This document shows positions 38,853-48,500 of a DNA stretch of 64,000 bases, piece after piece. The stretch spans positions 15,289 through 79,288 of the forward strand of contig CALAME010000020.1 of assembly GCA_937925675.1 (NCBI GenBank). Direction: 5' to 3'. The stretch comes from an uncultured Paenibacillaceae bacterium (lineage in GTDB: Bacteria; Bacillota; Bacilli; Paenibacillales; CALAME01). Position 1 is the stretch's first letter, and each line of letters opens with the position of its first letter. A program made the translations under genes and the position numbers. The notes below the pieces were generated by a model. It was given only the letters and a program-made list of their open reading frames with translations. It was not told the DNA's origin and ran no database searches.

Positions 38853-41093
38853 TTAGGCACGCTGCAATCTGAGTGCATTCAACACAACGGAAACCGAGCT
38901 GAACGCCATCGCCGCACCGGCCATCCACGGAGCGAGCAGACCGGCCGCTGCGACCGGGATTGCAAGAATGTTGTAGAAAAAAGCAAAAAACAAGTTTTGT
39001 TTGATGTTTCTCATCGTTTTGCGACTGAGAAGAATCGCATCGACGACACTGTTCAAATCGCCACGCATTAACGTAACGTCAGCCGTCTCTACAGCAATAT
39101 CTGTCCCTGTACCCATCGCCATGCCGATATCGGCCATCGCCAGTGCCGGAGCATCGTTAATGCCGTCACCTACCATCGCGACCCGATGGCCTTGTCGCTT
39201 CAAGTCACGAATCCGTTCCCCTTTTTCCTCCGGCAACACTTCGGCCCATACTTGCTCAATACCGACCTCGCGCGCGATCGCTTCCGCGGTGCGGCGGTTG
39301 TCCCCCGTGAGCATGATCACGGTTAATCCCAGTCGCTTCATCCTTTGGATCGCTTGCACGGATGTTTCTTTCACCGTATCGGCCACCGCAATCATGCCCG
39401 CCAATTGGCCGTCGATCGCAGCCAGCATGACGGTTTTTCCTTCGCTTTCCAGCCTCTTTATATCCGCAAGATCCGCTTCGAACGGAACGCCGGCTTGCTT
39501 CAACCATTTGCGGGTGCCTACCAGCACTTCGCGGCCCTCGACGACAGCGCGAACGCCTTTTCCGGGGACGGCTTCAAAATGTTCGGGATCGCGGATGGTG
39601 ATGCCCTTTTTTTCAATTCCCGCCTGGATCGCACGTGCCAGCGGATGTTCTGAACGTTTTTCAGCAGAACCGACCCATTGTAAAAATTCTTGTTCGTCCA
39701 GCGTAAAGACGATGACATCTGTCAGTTCCGGTTCTCCCTTTGTCACCGTACCGGTTTTGTCCAGAACGATGGTGTTGACCCGTTGCGTTTTTTCCAGGTG
39801 CTCACCGCTTTTGAACAGCACTCCCCGCTCCGCGGCCCTTCCCGAACCGGCCATGATCGACGTCGGGGTAGCCAGACCGAGCGCACAGGGGCAGGCGATA
39901 ACGAGAATGGAAATGGCAGGAATGAGCGCATCCCTGAGCTGGCCGGGAGAAAGGACGAAATACCAGACTAGAAAGGTGGCCAAAGCGATCAAAACGACCG
40001 CCGGGACGAAAATGCCGGACACTTTGTCGGCAATGCGCTGAATATCCGCCTTTTTGCTTTGCGCTTCTTCCACCACTTTGATGATCTGCGCAAGAGCGGT
40101 CTCCTTGCCGACGCGCGTCGCACGGATTTTCAGCACTCCATGCTGGTTGATCGTCGCACCGATCACGGTGGAACCGACTTCTTTTTCAACCGGCAGGCTC
40201 TCCCCGGTCAGCATCGACTCATCGACCGCGGAACGCCCTTCGATCACTTCACCGTCAACCGGAATTTTTTCACCCGGTCCCACCACGCAAATATCACCAA
40301 CGTTTACCTCATCCACCGGCACTCTTACTTCTTTGCCATCGCGGATCAAAAGCGCCGTTTGTGCGCGCAGGCCGAGCAGTTTTTTAATTGCCTGCGAAGT
40401 CCTTCCTTTGGCGCGTGCTTCAAACAGCTTGCCGAGCACGATTAAAGTCAGGATCACCGCCGATGCCTCAAAATACAATTCGGGCGTATGATCCGGGTTA
40501 CGTACCCACCTCCAGCCGAGGTACACACTGTAAAAAAAGGCGGCAGAGGTACCCAGTGCGACCAGAACGTCCATATTGGCACTTTTATTGCGCAGCGCCT
40601 TGTAGGCACCTGCATAAAAAGGGGCTCCGATCCAGAATTGCACCGGTGCCGCGAGCAAAAACTGCACCCACGGGTTCATAAGAAATGAGGGAACCCCGAT
40701 AAATGACGTAACCGGAAAATGGCTGAACATTGTCCACAATAGCGGCAAGGTGAAAGCGGCGGCGATCCAGAACCTGCGCGTTTGCCGTCTGATTTCCTGT
40801 TCACGGCTATCTTCGTGATTCTCATCATCCTGTTTGACGGCCGCTTTGTAGCCAAGCTGATTCACTTTATTTTCCAGATCCGCTATCTGAACTTGCGACG
40901 GATCATATTTCACATGGGCGGTTTCCAAGGCCAGATTGACCGTCGCCTGCACGACACCGGGAAGGCGGTTGAGTCCTTTTTCGATCCGGTTTGCACAGGC
41001 GGCGCAAGTCATGCCGGTAATCTGCAGGTTCGCTTCTTTTGCATCAGATGGCTTCATCTCGGATATATTTCCGGCATTCGTCCTTTGCTCCAT
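38853..41093 (-). CDS. copA: Copper-translocating P1B-type ATPase
   Basis: One HMA domain ([12 protein letters not shown]), plus TGES, CPC ([11 protein letters not shown]), DKTGT and GDGINDAP. Confidence 0.95.
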   Translation of the reverse strand: MEQRTNAGNISEMKPSDAKEANLQITGMTCAACANRIEKGLNRLPGVVQATVNLALETAHVKYDPSQVQIADLENKVNQLGYKAAVKQDDENHEDSREQEIRRQTRRFWIAAAFTLPLLWTMFSHFPVTSFIGVPSFLMNPWVQFLLAAPVQFWIGAPFYAGAYKALRNKSANMDVLVALGTSAAFFYSVYLGWRWVRNPDHTPELYFEASAVILTLIVLGKLFEARAKGRTSQAIKKLLGLRAQTALLIRDGKEVRVPVDEVNVGDICVVGPGEKIPVDGEVIEGRSAVDESMLTGESLPVEKEVGSTVIGATINQHGVLKIRATRVGKETALAQIIKVVEEAQSKKADIQRIADKVSGIFVPAVVLIALATFLVWYFVLSPGQLRDALIPAISILVIACPCALGLATPTSIMAGSGRAAERGVLFKSGEHLEKTQRVNTIVLDKTGTVTKGEPELTDVIVFTLDEQEFLQWVGSAEKRSEHPLARAIQAGIEKKGITIRDPEHFEAVPGKGVRAVVEGREVLVGTRKWLKQAGVPFEADLADIKRLESEGKTVMLAAIDGQLAGMIAVADTVKETSVQAIQRMKRLGLTVIMLTGDNRRTAEAIAREVGIEQVWAEVLPEEKGERIRDLKRQGHRVAMVGDGINDAPALAMADIGMAMGTGTDIAVETADVTLMRGDLNSVVDAILLSRKTMRNIKQNLFFAFFYNILAIPVAAAGLLAPWMAGAAMAFSSVSVVLNALRLQRA

Positions 41094-41127
41094 TTTTCAT
41101 CCCCCGCTTCCCGTTACCTCCATGGCT

Positions 41128-41328
41128 TCAGACGACCGTATACCCTTGCTCCTCAATCGCATCCTTGATTTGTTGCAAGCTCAGGCGGGCGTTGTCATAC
41201 TCCACTTGCACAGTCCCGCTTTCCAGGTCGACCTCCCCTTTCGCCCCGATTTCACGCAATGCGCCTTCAACCGCTTGTACACAATGGGAACACGACATTC
41301 CTTCCACTTTCAATACCGTTTTTTCCAT
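41128..41328 (-). CDS. copZ: Copper chaperone CopZ
   Basis: 66-aa HMA fold with MSCSHC metal site. Confidence 0.9.
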   Translation of the reverse strand: MEKTVLKVEGMSCSHCVQAVEGALREIGAKGEVDLESGTVQVEYDNARLSLQQIKDAIEEQGYTVV

Positions 41329-41387
41329 CCTGTTGTCCTCCTTTAATTATATATAGTATACCCAAGTATCCTATTTTAATGAGAAAA

Positions 41388-41741
41388 TTATTTCATCAGC
41401 TTGTTCATCGTTTTGAGCAATTCCGCAATGACATCATGGTCTCCATGCTGAATTCGCTCTACTACACAGCTTTTCATATGGTGCTCCAGAAGCAGCTTGC
41501 CCACACTGTTCAAAGCCGACTGAATGGATGCGATCTGATTGAGCACATCGTCGCAGTAAGCATCTTTCTCAATCATCCCTTTTACCCCCCGAACCTGGCC
41601 CTCAATGCGGTTCAGCCGCACGATCAGGTTCTGCTTGACATGATCGGGATGATGACTTTTTCTCTCTCTGTTGTCGGTCTCGTTATGATGTGCCTCATGA
41701 GACGCATCGACCTGAATCGTCTGCTCATCCATGAGAAGCAA
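41388..41741 (-). CDS. csoR: Copper-sensing repressor CsoR
   Basis: RLNRIEGQVRGVKGMIEKDAYCDDVLNQI...HHMKSC (Cys-His-Cys site), with a His-rich N-terminal extension. The probable start is ATG at 41732. Confidence 0.9.
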   Translation of the reverse strand: MLLMDEQTIQVDASHEAHHNETDNRERKSHHPDHVKQNLIVRLNRIEGQVRGVKGMIEKDAYCDDVLNQIASIQSALNSVGKLLLEHHMKSCVVERIQHGDHDVIAELLKTMNKLMK

Positions 41742-41760
41742 CCCACTTTCTTTTCTTTTT

Positions 41761-41790
41761 ATTATACTCCCCGGGGGTATATGAAGTCAA
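41761..41790 (-). promoter_or_regulatory. csoR-copZ-copA promoter with embedded CsoR operator
   Basis: On the minus strand: TTGACT (41785-41790), 18 nt, TATAAT (41761-41766). The spacer holds the GC-cored near-palindrome atacccccggggagtat (41764-41780). This resembles the known CsoR operator type TACCC-N4-GGGTA. Confidence 0.65.
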
Positions 41791-41812
41791 CACAACCCTT
41801 CCATTCATTCCA

Positions 41813-42040
41813 TCAATCCGAATAGACGCGCCGAAACTTGCCATTGCTTAACGTGTACGTGAAGTTTTGCATATTTCCATCCTTGCGCTGCTTGAACACT
41901 TCAATATAACCGTTGAAATCCTTCTGGTCCCCAAAAATCTTTTTTAATGCCTGGCGGATGTTCTCCCCCTGCTCCAGATGAACGATTAAATCTTCTTCGT
42001 CGACATGATTCCCGCCGGCCGGAATACGTCTGTATTGCAA
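41813..42040 (-). CDS. Hypothetical 75-aa protein
   Basis: ORF only, with a TTG start and purine-rich upstream sequence (AAAGGGGAAGGAGAC). No family recognised. Confidence 0.35.
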   Translation of the reverse strand: MQYRRIPAGGNHVDEEDLIVHLEQGENIRQALKKIFGDQKDFNGYIEVFKQRKDGNMQNFTYTLSNGKFRRVYSD

Positions 42041-42265
42041 GTCTCCTTCCCCTTTCCATCATTTATAAACTTTATCCAATATTATCCTTTTTCTTACTAT
42101 ATCATCCACTTTCAAAGGATAAAAGTCCGGCAGAGGAGCAAATTCAGCCAGGAAAAGGGAATGGTGCGAAAAAACATTCATTTATCTGTTTCTTTGACAT
42201 CTTGTTACGAATTTTCGTCATTTTTCGCATTTTCGTTATGATTGTTGCCATTTTTGATTTATCGG

Positions 42266-43411
42266 TCATGATGGAAAACGGATTTCAAGCTCGATCAATT
42301 CTGCACGGCTGCCCAGACGGAACGGTGGACCCCATGTCCCGAATCCTGACGAAACGATCGCATGAAAGGAGCCGGACTTCTTCATTCCCCAATCCAGATC
42401 AAACAAACGGCGGGTAATCCAATGATTGGGAGCCAGTTGTCCCCGATGCGTATGCCCGGAGATGATGAGATCCACCCCCAGCTTCTCTGCTTCACGCAAT
42501 GCAGTCGGCTGATGGTCTATGACGATAATCGGATCATCGTTGTTAAGCCCTTCAAGCAATTCATTGAGCGGCTTGCGCCCGCCGAACAGGGCGCTTTCCG
42601 CAGTCCGGTCCTTTCTGCCTACAAGCCATACGGAATCAGCGACGAACACTCGCTCATCGAGCAGCATTTCGATACCTGCATCGCGCAACGCTTCAACTAT
42701 TTGTTCAACTTCCCCACCGTAGTATTCATGATTGCCGAGCACGGCATACCGTCCATATCTGGCACGCATGTTGCGCATGATCCGATCCAATTGCTTTTGC
42801 TTGAATGGCTGCGCTTCTTCATCGATAATGTCGCCGGCCAGGATGACGAGGTCCGGGTCTAATTCATTCACCCGTTCAACGAGACGATTCAGGTGTTTTT
42901 TCCCGACGATCAATCCGAGATGAAGATCGGAGGCGATAGCAATCTTTAACCGGTCAACCTTAGTGCGCTTGTTGATCTCGATCTGGTAGCGGCGCACAAT
43001 GGGGGACCAGGCGTTATAGGCACCGCGCACAAGGATCAATGCAAGCACAATCAGCACTGCCGCTCCTGCTGCCGGGACAAATGCATCCGCCGGGACACCT
43101 GTGAATCGTAACACCAACCAGGCCAGATCCACTGCCGGCAACATGATGAGCAAATATTCAAACGGCGCCATCCATAAGACTCCGATCCTTTTTAAAGTCC
43201 TTGAGACGGTTGCCGGTACATATTTTCTGAATGTGACAGAAATCAGAAAGGCCAGCGCCACCAAATATAAACCTGTCCAAAACCAGGCGCCGGAAACAGG
43301 AAACAGCCCGTTTAAAAACGTATAAATATGCCATCCAATGTAGAAATTTAATGCCAGATACAAAAGCAAAACGGCCAAAAAGATAGCCGCTGCGCGTAAA
43401 TGCATGCCCAT
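42266..43411 (-). CDS. Membrane-anchored metallophosphoesterase (YkuE-like)
   Basis: Several N-terminal TM segments, then the motifs IASDLHLG, GDIID, GNHEY and GHTHRGQ. Confidence 0.85.
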   Translation of the reverse strand: MGMHLRAAAIFLAVLLLYLALNFYIGWHIYTFLNGLFPVSGAWFWTGLYLVALAFLISVTFRKYVPATVSRTLKRIGVLWMAPFEYLLIMLPAVDLAWLVLRFTGVPADAFVPAAGAAVLIVLALILVRGAYNAWSPIVRRYQIEINKRTKVDRLKIAIASDLHLGLIVGKKHLNRLVERVNELDPDLVILAGDIIDEEAQPFKQKQLDRIMRNMRARYGRYAVLGNHEYYGGEVEQIVEALRDAGIEMLLDERVFVADSVWLVGRKDRTAESALFGGRKPLNELLEGLNNDDPIIVIDHQPTALREAEKLGVDLIISGHTHRGQLAPNHWITRRLFDLDWGMKKSGSFHAIVSSGFGTWGPPFRLGSRAELIELEIRFPS

Positions 43412-43509
43412 CCTCCCATCAGCATCGATCCGTTCTGAAACGATTATAACATTGATCGGAGGACGGGCGCATTTTTTAGTTTTTTAGATCACGATTTGAA
43501 GTGACCGAT

Positions 43510-45003
43510 TCAGCGACGCAGCTGCCAATACACGTCGCTCCATCTCAATTCATTGAGAAAACGGTCCGGTCTCGTCTCGCTGTCGATGACCGCACATTCG
43601 ATTCCGGCCATCTCTGCAAAATCCCGCATTTGTTCCGTATCCACTTCATAGGAAAAACACGTATGATGCGCTCCACCGCCATAGATCCAGGCCTCGGCAG
43701 ATTGCTGCAAGGAAGGAAGCGGCTTCCACATCACGCGCGCAACCGGCAATTTCGGCATCGCATGCGGCGGTTTGACGGCCTCCACTTCGTTGACAAGCAG
43801 GCGGAATCGGGTACCGAGATCGATCACGCTCGCATTGATGGCGCGTCCGGAGCGGCCTTCAAACACAAGCCGGGCCGGGTCGCTTTTTCCGCCGATGGAA
43901 AGCGGGTGCACTTCGATGCGGGCTCTCTCATCGGTAAGCGTCGGGCAAACTTCCAGCATGTGCGCACCGAGCACAAGCTCATTGCCGGGTTCGAGATGGT
44001 AGGTGTAATCTTCCATAAAAGAGGTTCCCTTGCCGTCAGCCATGATTTTCATCAATCGTACAAGCGCAGCCGTTTTCCAGTCTCCTTCTCCGGCAAATCC
44101 GTATCCTTTTTCCATCAGGCGCTGAGCAGCAAGACCGGGCAATTGGGTCATGCCATGCAAATCTTCAAATGTCGTTGTAAAGGCCGTAAATCCGCCTTCC
44201 TTTAAGAACGATTCCAAGCCGAGTTCAATCCGGGCTTGACCGCGGATGGCGTCGCGCACCGGTCCCGGTTTTCTTCCTTCTTCTACAATGTCGTAACGGT
44301 CTTCATACTCTTCCATCAACCGGTCGACTTCACTGTCGGAAAATTCATTGATCCGCTGGACAAGATCGCCGATCCCGTAGCCGTTGACCGACCAGCCAAA
44401 CTGGATTTGGGCTTCGACCTTGTCCCCTTCGGTGACCGCTACCTCGCGCATATTGTCACCAAAGCGCGCCACTTTAAGCGACCGCCCTTCCGTATAAGCC
44501 ACTGCGGTGCGCATCCAGCGGGCGATGCGGTCTTGCACCTGTTCATCTTGCCAGAAACCGACCACCACTTTTCTTGCGACGCCCATGCGCGCCCCGATGA
44601 AACCGTATTCCCGGTCACCGTGCGCTGACTGGTTCAAATTCATGAAATCCATGTCAATCGTATCCCAGGGAATGTCGCGATTGAACTGGGTATGGAGATG
44701 AAGAAGCGGTTTTGAAAGTTCACGGAGTCCGGCGATCCACATTTTTGCCGGAGAAAAGGTGTGCATCCAGGTGATGATTCCCGCGCAGTTTTCATCCGCA
44801 TTGGCGGACACGCACAGGGTGCGGATATCGTCCGGCGTCGTCATCACCGGCTTTAACACGAGTTTAAAGGGCAATTTTCCACTGCGGTTAAGCGTTTCCG
44901 TCATCGTGCGGGAATGTGCCTCGACTTCGCGCAATGTTTCTTCCCCATACAGATGCTGGCTACCGGTGACAAACCAAAATTCATAAGGTTTAATCTGAAG
45001 CAT
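43510..45003 (-). CDS. araA: L-arabinose isomerase
   Basis: [24 protein letters not shown]..., ~497 aa. SD GGAGG lies upstream of ATG at 45003. Confidence 0.95.
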   Translation of the reverse strand: MLQIKPYEFWFVTGSQHLYGEETLREVEAHSRTMTETLNRSGKLPFKLVLKPVMTTPDDIRTLCVSANADENCAGIITWMHTFSPAKMWIAGLRELSKPLLHLHTQFNRDIPWDTIDMDFMNLNQSAHGDREYGFIGARMGVARKVVVGFWQDEQVQDRIARWMRTAVAYTEGRSLKVARFGDNMREVAVTEGDKVEAQIQFGWSVNGYGIGDLVQRINEFSDSEVDRLMEEYEDRYDIVEEGRKPGPVRDAIRGQARIELGLESFLKEGGFTAFTTTFEDLHGMTQLPGLAAQRLMEKGYGFAGEGDWKTAALVRLMKIMADGKGTSFMEDYTYHLEPGNELVLGAHMLEVCPTLTDERARIEVHPLSIGGKSDPARLVFEGRSGRAINASVIDLGTRFRLLVNEVEAVKPPHAMPKLPVARVMWKPLPSLQQSAEAWIYGGGAHHTCFSYEVDTEQMRDFAEMAGIECAVIDSETRPDRFLNELRWSDVYWQLRR

Positions 45004-45022
45004 TTCCAATCCTCCCCTGTTA

Positions 45023-45038
45023 AGTTGTACGTACAAGA
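45023..45038. promoter_or_regulatory. AraR operator
   Basis: agTTGTACGTACAAga, with the palindromic core TTGTACGTACAA. Confidence 0.7.
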
Positions 45039-45051
45039 GCAAATTTCATCT

Positions 45052-45067
45052 ATTTGTACGTACAATT
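45052..45067. promoter_or_regulatory. AraR operator
   Basis: atTTGTACGTACAAtt, with the same palindromic core. Its centre is 29 bp from the first box. Confidence 0.7.
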
Positions 45068-45152
45068 TTGCTTTTATTGTATAACGAGAGGAGGCGAAAG
45101 ACAAGAAACATTCGGTTTTATTTCTTTATATTTCTCTATCATTTCGCAAATC

Positions 45153-46286
45153 CTAAGACTTTAAATGGGCTTCTGCTTCCGATTTCTCCGGTTTTATACG
45201 ATCTTGAACCTTTTTGTACATCACTTCCGTCAAGAGAAATGACAGTGTCGATTCCGCGCCCATGTTCTGGTTCGGTCCGTCCTGTTCCAATCCGTCATAA
45301 CAGCGTCCATGTACGGGGTCCCCCATCCGGACGCCGAGATCGTTTTCTCCGTAAAACCATTTCCGGCATTTTTCTGCCACTCGGGCATACTGTTCATTGT
45401 CCGTCAGTTCAAACGCTTTGACGGATGCCAGAAACAGTTTCATCACATCGATCGGCTGCTGATCCCAGATCGCCCGCGATGAAGGCGTGCACCATCCGCG
45501 ATTGCCGACAGGCCGGATGTGACCTTGTTCGCTCGTGCACAAATCGATCAAAAAGTCGAGCGCTTCAGTTGCCACGCGGAGCACGCGCTCATCCCGTTTC
45601 CATTCGTACGTGCACAACAGCCCCCACGGAATGACGGCATTGCTGTAGGAAATCAGCGGTTCGAACCAGCGCCAGTTCTCCTTGCGATGCGCCTGGTATG
45701 AAGCGATCAGTTGTTCAATGAGCGGTTCCGCTTTCCGTTTCAGTTCTTCCCGGCCGTTTTGAATCAGCCATGCCAGCGCCGCCAATGCATAGGCTTGACC
45801 GCGCGGATGACGGAGATCGGAGGTCCGCTCAAGCGCCTTGTTCAACATCGTTTCTGCCGCCAGTTGCCGCGCTTCATCGAGGCGCGTTGCCGCCAATGCC
45901 AACGCCCACAAGCAGCGGCCGAGACAGTCGTCAGACGGATTTTCCGGTTCCGGCGAGCGATCATAGGCGATATTGTTGTGAAAGTGACCGTTATCTTTTT
46001 GTACCCACAATAAAAAGGACAGATAGGTGTCACACAGATTCAACAGACGGGTTTTGTCGGATTCCTCCAGATCAAGCCACTCGATGCACAGCCACAGCGC
46101 GCGCGCCTGATCGTCGGTACTGTAACCTTCATTCCGGCGCGGAATGGCGCCCAGGGCATGTTCCAAAATGCCCGTGTCATCCGTCAGTTTCATCAGGTGA
46201 GATAACGGTCCGTTCACTTTATCCACCTCTTCCAGCTCCTCCTTTTCAGTTTGCACGTGGATAGGGAACCGATTCGGCCAGTTCAC
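45153..46286 (-). CDS. Hypothetical protein, possibly an (alpha/alpha)6-toroid glycoside hydrolase-like fold
   Basis: Helix-rich with repeated aromatic/acidic motifs (STDDQARALWLCIEW, CLWALALAA, QAYALAALAWL). An alternative GTG start at 46226 (SD GGAGGAG, 9-nt spacing) would remove the 41-nt overlap with the GT4 gene. The fold assignment is a guess. Confidence 0.45.
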   Translation of the reverse strand: MNWPNRFPIHVQTEKEELEEVDKVNGPLSHLMKLTDDTGILEHALGAIPRRNEGYSTDDQARALWLCIEWLDLEESDKTRLLNLCDTYLSFLLWVQKDNGHFHNNIAYDRSPEPENPSDDCLGRCLWALALAATRLDEARQLAAETMLNKALERTSDLRHPRGQAYALAALAWLIQNGREELKRKAEPLIEQLIASYQAHRKENWRWFEPLISYSNAVIPWGLLCTYEWKRDERVLRVATEALDFLIDLCTSEQGHIRPVGNRGWCTPSSRAIWDQQPIDVMKLFLASVKAFELTDNEQYARVAEKCRKWFYGENDLGVRMGDPVHGRCYDGLEQDGPNQNMGAESTLSFLLTEVMYKKVQDRIKPEKSEAEAHLKS

Positions 46287-47409
46287 GGAACAGGGACAAA
46301 TGCTTGGCCCCTACTTTGGACCAGTGCATTTCCGCTCCGATCTTTTGCATTTGACGTTCAATCCGCATCCGTTCCTCCGAATCGGACAAGATGCGGATCA
46401 TCGCATCTGCCCACTGTTTGACATCGCCAGGTGCCAGCAACAGTTCAGGTTGATCTCCCAGCAAATCGACCGCATAGGCATAGGGCGTGCTGACAACCGG
46501 CCGTCCCAATCCAACGGCATAGGCCAGCGTTCCGCTCGTAATTTGCTGCATGCCCGGATACGGGGTCACGTACAGATCACAGGCGGAAAGCAGGCCGACC
46601 AATTCATCCTCCTCCATATAGCGATCGATCATCATGACATGGTCTTTTAGACCGAGATCTTCAATGAGCTTGTTCAGAGAATTTCGGTAAGCTTCCCCTT
46701 CATGTTTGCGCACTTCGGGATGCGTTTGGCCTGCGATGACATAGAGTGCCTCCGGTACTTTGCGTACGACATCCGGCAGAGCCCGGATCACCGTTTCATA
46801 CCCTTTGTTGCGGCTCAAAAGTCCGAAGGAAAGGATCACCTTGCGCTCTGACCATCCCGCTTCTTGCCTTACCTCTTCCCTTTTTTCCGGAACCGGTTCC
46901 GGTGTGCCGTGCGGTACGAATCGGATTTTGTCCGCCGGGATGTCAAATGCGCGCTGCAAATAGCCGATCGCTTTGCGGTTCATGACCAGGATCAGATCGC
47001 TGTGCACAGCGATCTCTTTCTGAATGCTGCGGTAAGGCTCTTCGGGATGTTCAAAAACAGTGTGAAATGTAACAGCAAGCGGTTTGTTCAGCTTTTTGAC
47101 GAGATCCAGCACATATTCCCCGGCTTTACCGCCAAAGATACCAAATTCATGTTGCAGGGAAACAACGGAAACATCGCTTTTGTTCAGCCGTTCTGCAAGT
47201 CGCGTATAGGCCGCCCGGTCTTCTTTGTCCCACTCAAAAACGACATCATCCGAATGGCCGAAAACCGTACCGGAAGGACGGACGGCCATGACCGGATCGA
47301 GCCCTTTCCTTCCTTTGGCCGCCTCCACACTTTTTCTGAGATGGTACGTATAGGTGGCGATTCCGCATCGTTGCGGTACGTATGTGCCGATGTAGGCGAT
47401 GCGTGTCAT
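46246..47409 (-). CDS. GT4-family (GT-B) glycosyltransferase
   Basis: 387 aa with typical GT1/GT4 C-terminal domain features (LSFGLLSRNKGYE, VIAGQTHPE, TPYPGMQQITSGTLAYAVGLGRPVVSTP). Confidence 0.8.
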   Translation of the reverse strand: MTRIAYIGTYVPQRCGIATYTYHLRKSVEAAKGRKGLDPVMAVRPSGTVFGHSDDVVFEWDKEDRAAYTRLAERLNKSDVSVVSLQHEFGIFGGKAGEYVLDLVKKLNKPLAVTFHTVFEHPEEPYRSIQKEIAVHSDLILVMNRKAIGYLQRAFDIPADKIRFVPHGTPEPVPEKREEVRQEAGWSERKVILSFGLLSRNKGYETVIRALPDVVRKVPEALYVIAGQTHPEVRKHEGEAYRNSLNKLIEDLGLKDHVMMIDRYMEEDELVGLLSACDLYVTPYPGMQQITSGTLAYAVGLGRPVVSTPYAYAVDLLGDQPELLLAPGDVKQWADAMIRILSDSEERMRIERQMQKIGAEMHWSKVGAKHLSLFRELAESVPYPRAN

Positions 47410-48449
47410 GCGGTAACAACCTCCTTCATCCGGTTGACGACGGCTTCATACAAAATGTGTCCGGAGCCGATCTCTGTATCATAGCCGAACACGCACCGAT
47501 GCAGTTCAGCACCTCCGCGCACGATGCAGCGATCCCAGAGAATCGTTTCCGACAGTCGCGCCTTGGCCGTAATTTCACAACCGTTACCGATCACAACATA
47601 CGGCCCGACGACCGCCCTTTCGCCGATGCGCACATCATCCCCGATCAATACCGGCGGAATCAGCAATGCTCCTTTGCCGACAGAGACGTTTTTGCCGATC
47701 CGGATTCCTTTATCTTTCTCCGTACCGTCAAGCGGAAGCTTCAACTTGCCATCCAGCAAATCCCAATGCACTTGGCGATAGCGTTCCCGGGTTCCCATAT
47801 CGAGCCAGTATCCCTCGATCGGCTTTCCGTAGACACCGACTCCTTGTTTAAGAAGCAACGGGAACGTCTCACGCTCGATCGACACTTCCCTGCCAGCAGG
47901 AATATAGCGAAGAACATCCCGGTTCATCACATAAATACCGGCATTGATCAAACGGGAGGGCGCTTCTTCCTTTTTCGGTTTCTCCACAAAACGGACAATT
48001 CTGCCCGACGAGGTCTGTTCCACCACTCCGAACTGGGACGGATCCTCCACTTCGGTCAGACCGATCGTCACTTGACCACCATGATCGCGATGAAATTCTA
48101 ACAAGGGCAACAGATGAAGATGTTGAACGACATCGGCATTCAATACGAGGAAGGTTTCACTGAGGTGAGGTTCGGCGTTTTTGATCGCTCCTGCGGTACC
48201 GAGTGCTTCCTTTTCCACCGTGTAAGTAATGGAAACACCGAAGCGACTGCCGTCGCCGAAATGTTGGCGAATGTGTTGCGGATAATGCTTCAGGGCAATG
48301 ATGAATTCGCGTATACCCTGATCTTTCAATTGCATGACTAAATGTTCGAGCCATGGACGATTGCCTACTGGAGCCATCGGTTTAGGAAGTCGTTCAGTCA
48401 AAGGACGCAATCTCGTTCCGAGTCCACCAGCCAACAACAACGCTTTCAT
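47406..48449 (-). CDS. Sugar-1-phosphate nucleotidyltransferase with a C-terminal left-handed beta-helix
   Basis: MKALLLAGGLGTRLRPLT signature and C-terminal hexapeptide repeats. SD GGAGGGG lies before ATG at 48449. The 53 codons upstream in the track ORF are non-coding leader read-through. Confidence 0.85.
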   Translation of the reverse strand: MKALLLAGGLGTRLRPLTERLPKPMAPVGNRPWLEHLVMQLKDQGIREFIIALKHYPQHIRQHFGDGSRFGVSITYTVEKEALGTAGAIKNAEPHLSETFLVLNADVVQHLHLLPLLEFHRDHGGQVTIGLTEVEDPSQFGVVEQTSSGRIVRFVEKPKKEEAPSRLINAGIYVMNRDVLRYIPAGREVSIERETFPLLLKQGVGVYGKPIEGYWLDMGTRERYRQVHWDLLDGKLKLPLDGTEKDKGIRIGKNVSVGKGALLIPPVLIGDDVRIGERAVVGPYVVIGNGCEITAKARLSETILWDRCIVRGGAELHRCVFGYDTEIGSGHILYEAVVNRMKEVVTA

Positions 48450-48465
48450 CCATGATCCCCTCCAT

Positions 48466-48500
48466 AAAAAAAAGAAGAATGATTCAGTTTTCAAATCATC
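48466..48500 (-). terminator. Terminator-like hairpin in the 5' leader of the glycosyl cassette (possible attenuator)
   Basis: On the minus strand: gatgatt-tgaaaactg-aatcatt (7 bp including one G-U, AU-rich), then cttctttttttt. It ends ~15 nt before the SD of the nucleotidyltransferase gene. Confidence 0.4.

Noticed and set aside
39001-40041. Long antisense ORFs inside well-supported genes. Examples are the 346-aa ORF opposite copA, 23020..23928 opposite mutL, 31244..32161 opposite the M32 peptidase, 58879..59751 opposite parE, 6897..7601 opposite lexA and 14060..15031 opposite the SGNH gene.
   Set aside because: They are Arg/Ser/Pro-rich and low-complexity, with no SD or motifs. Stop-poor antisense frames are expected in GC-rich coding DNA. 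Each partner-strand gene has an unambiguous family signature.
42180-42265. Phased T-tracts (attttcg / atttttcg / attttcg, ~8-10 nt apart) and a 35-codon very basic ORF (MATIITKMRKMTKIRNKMSKKQ...) on the minus strand
   Set aside because: The ORF has no SD. The pattern is typical of AT-rich, possibly curved intergenic DNA between a gene end and the next promoter. There is not enough evidence to call an element.
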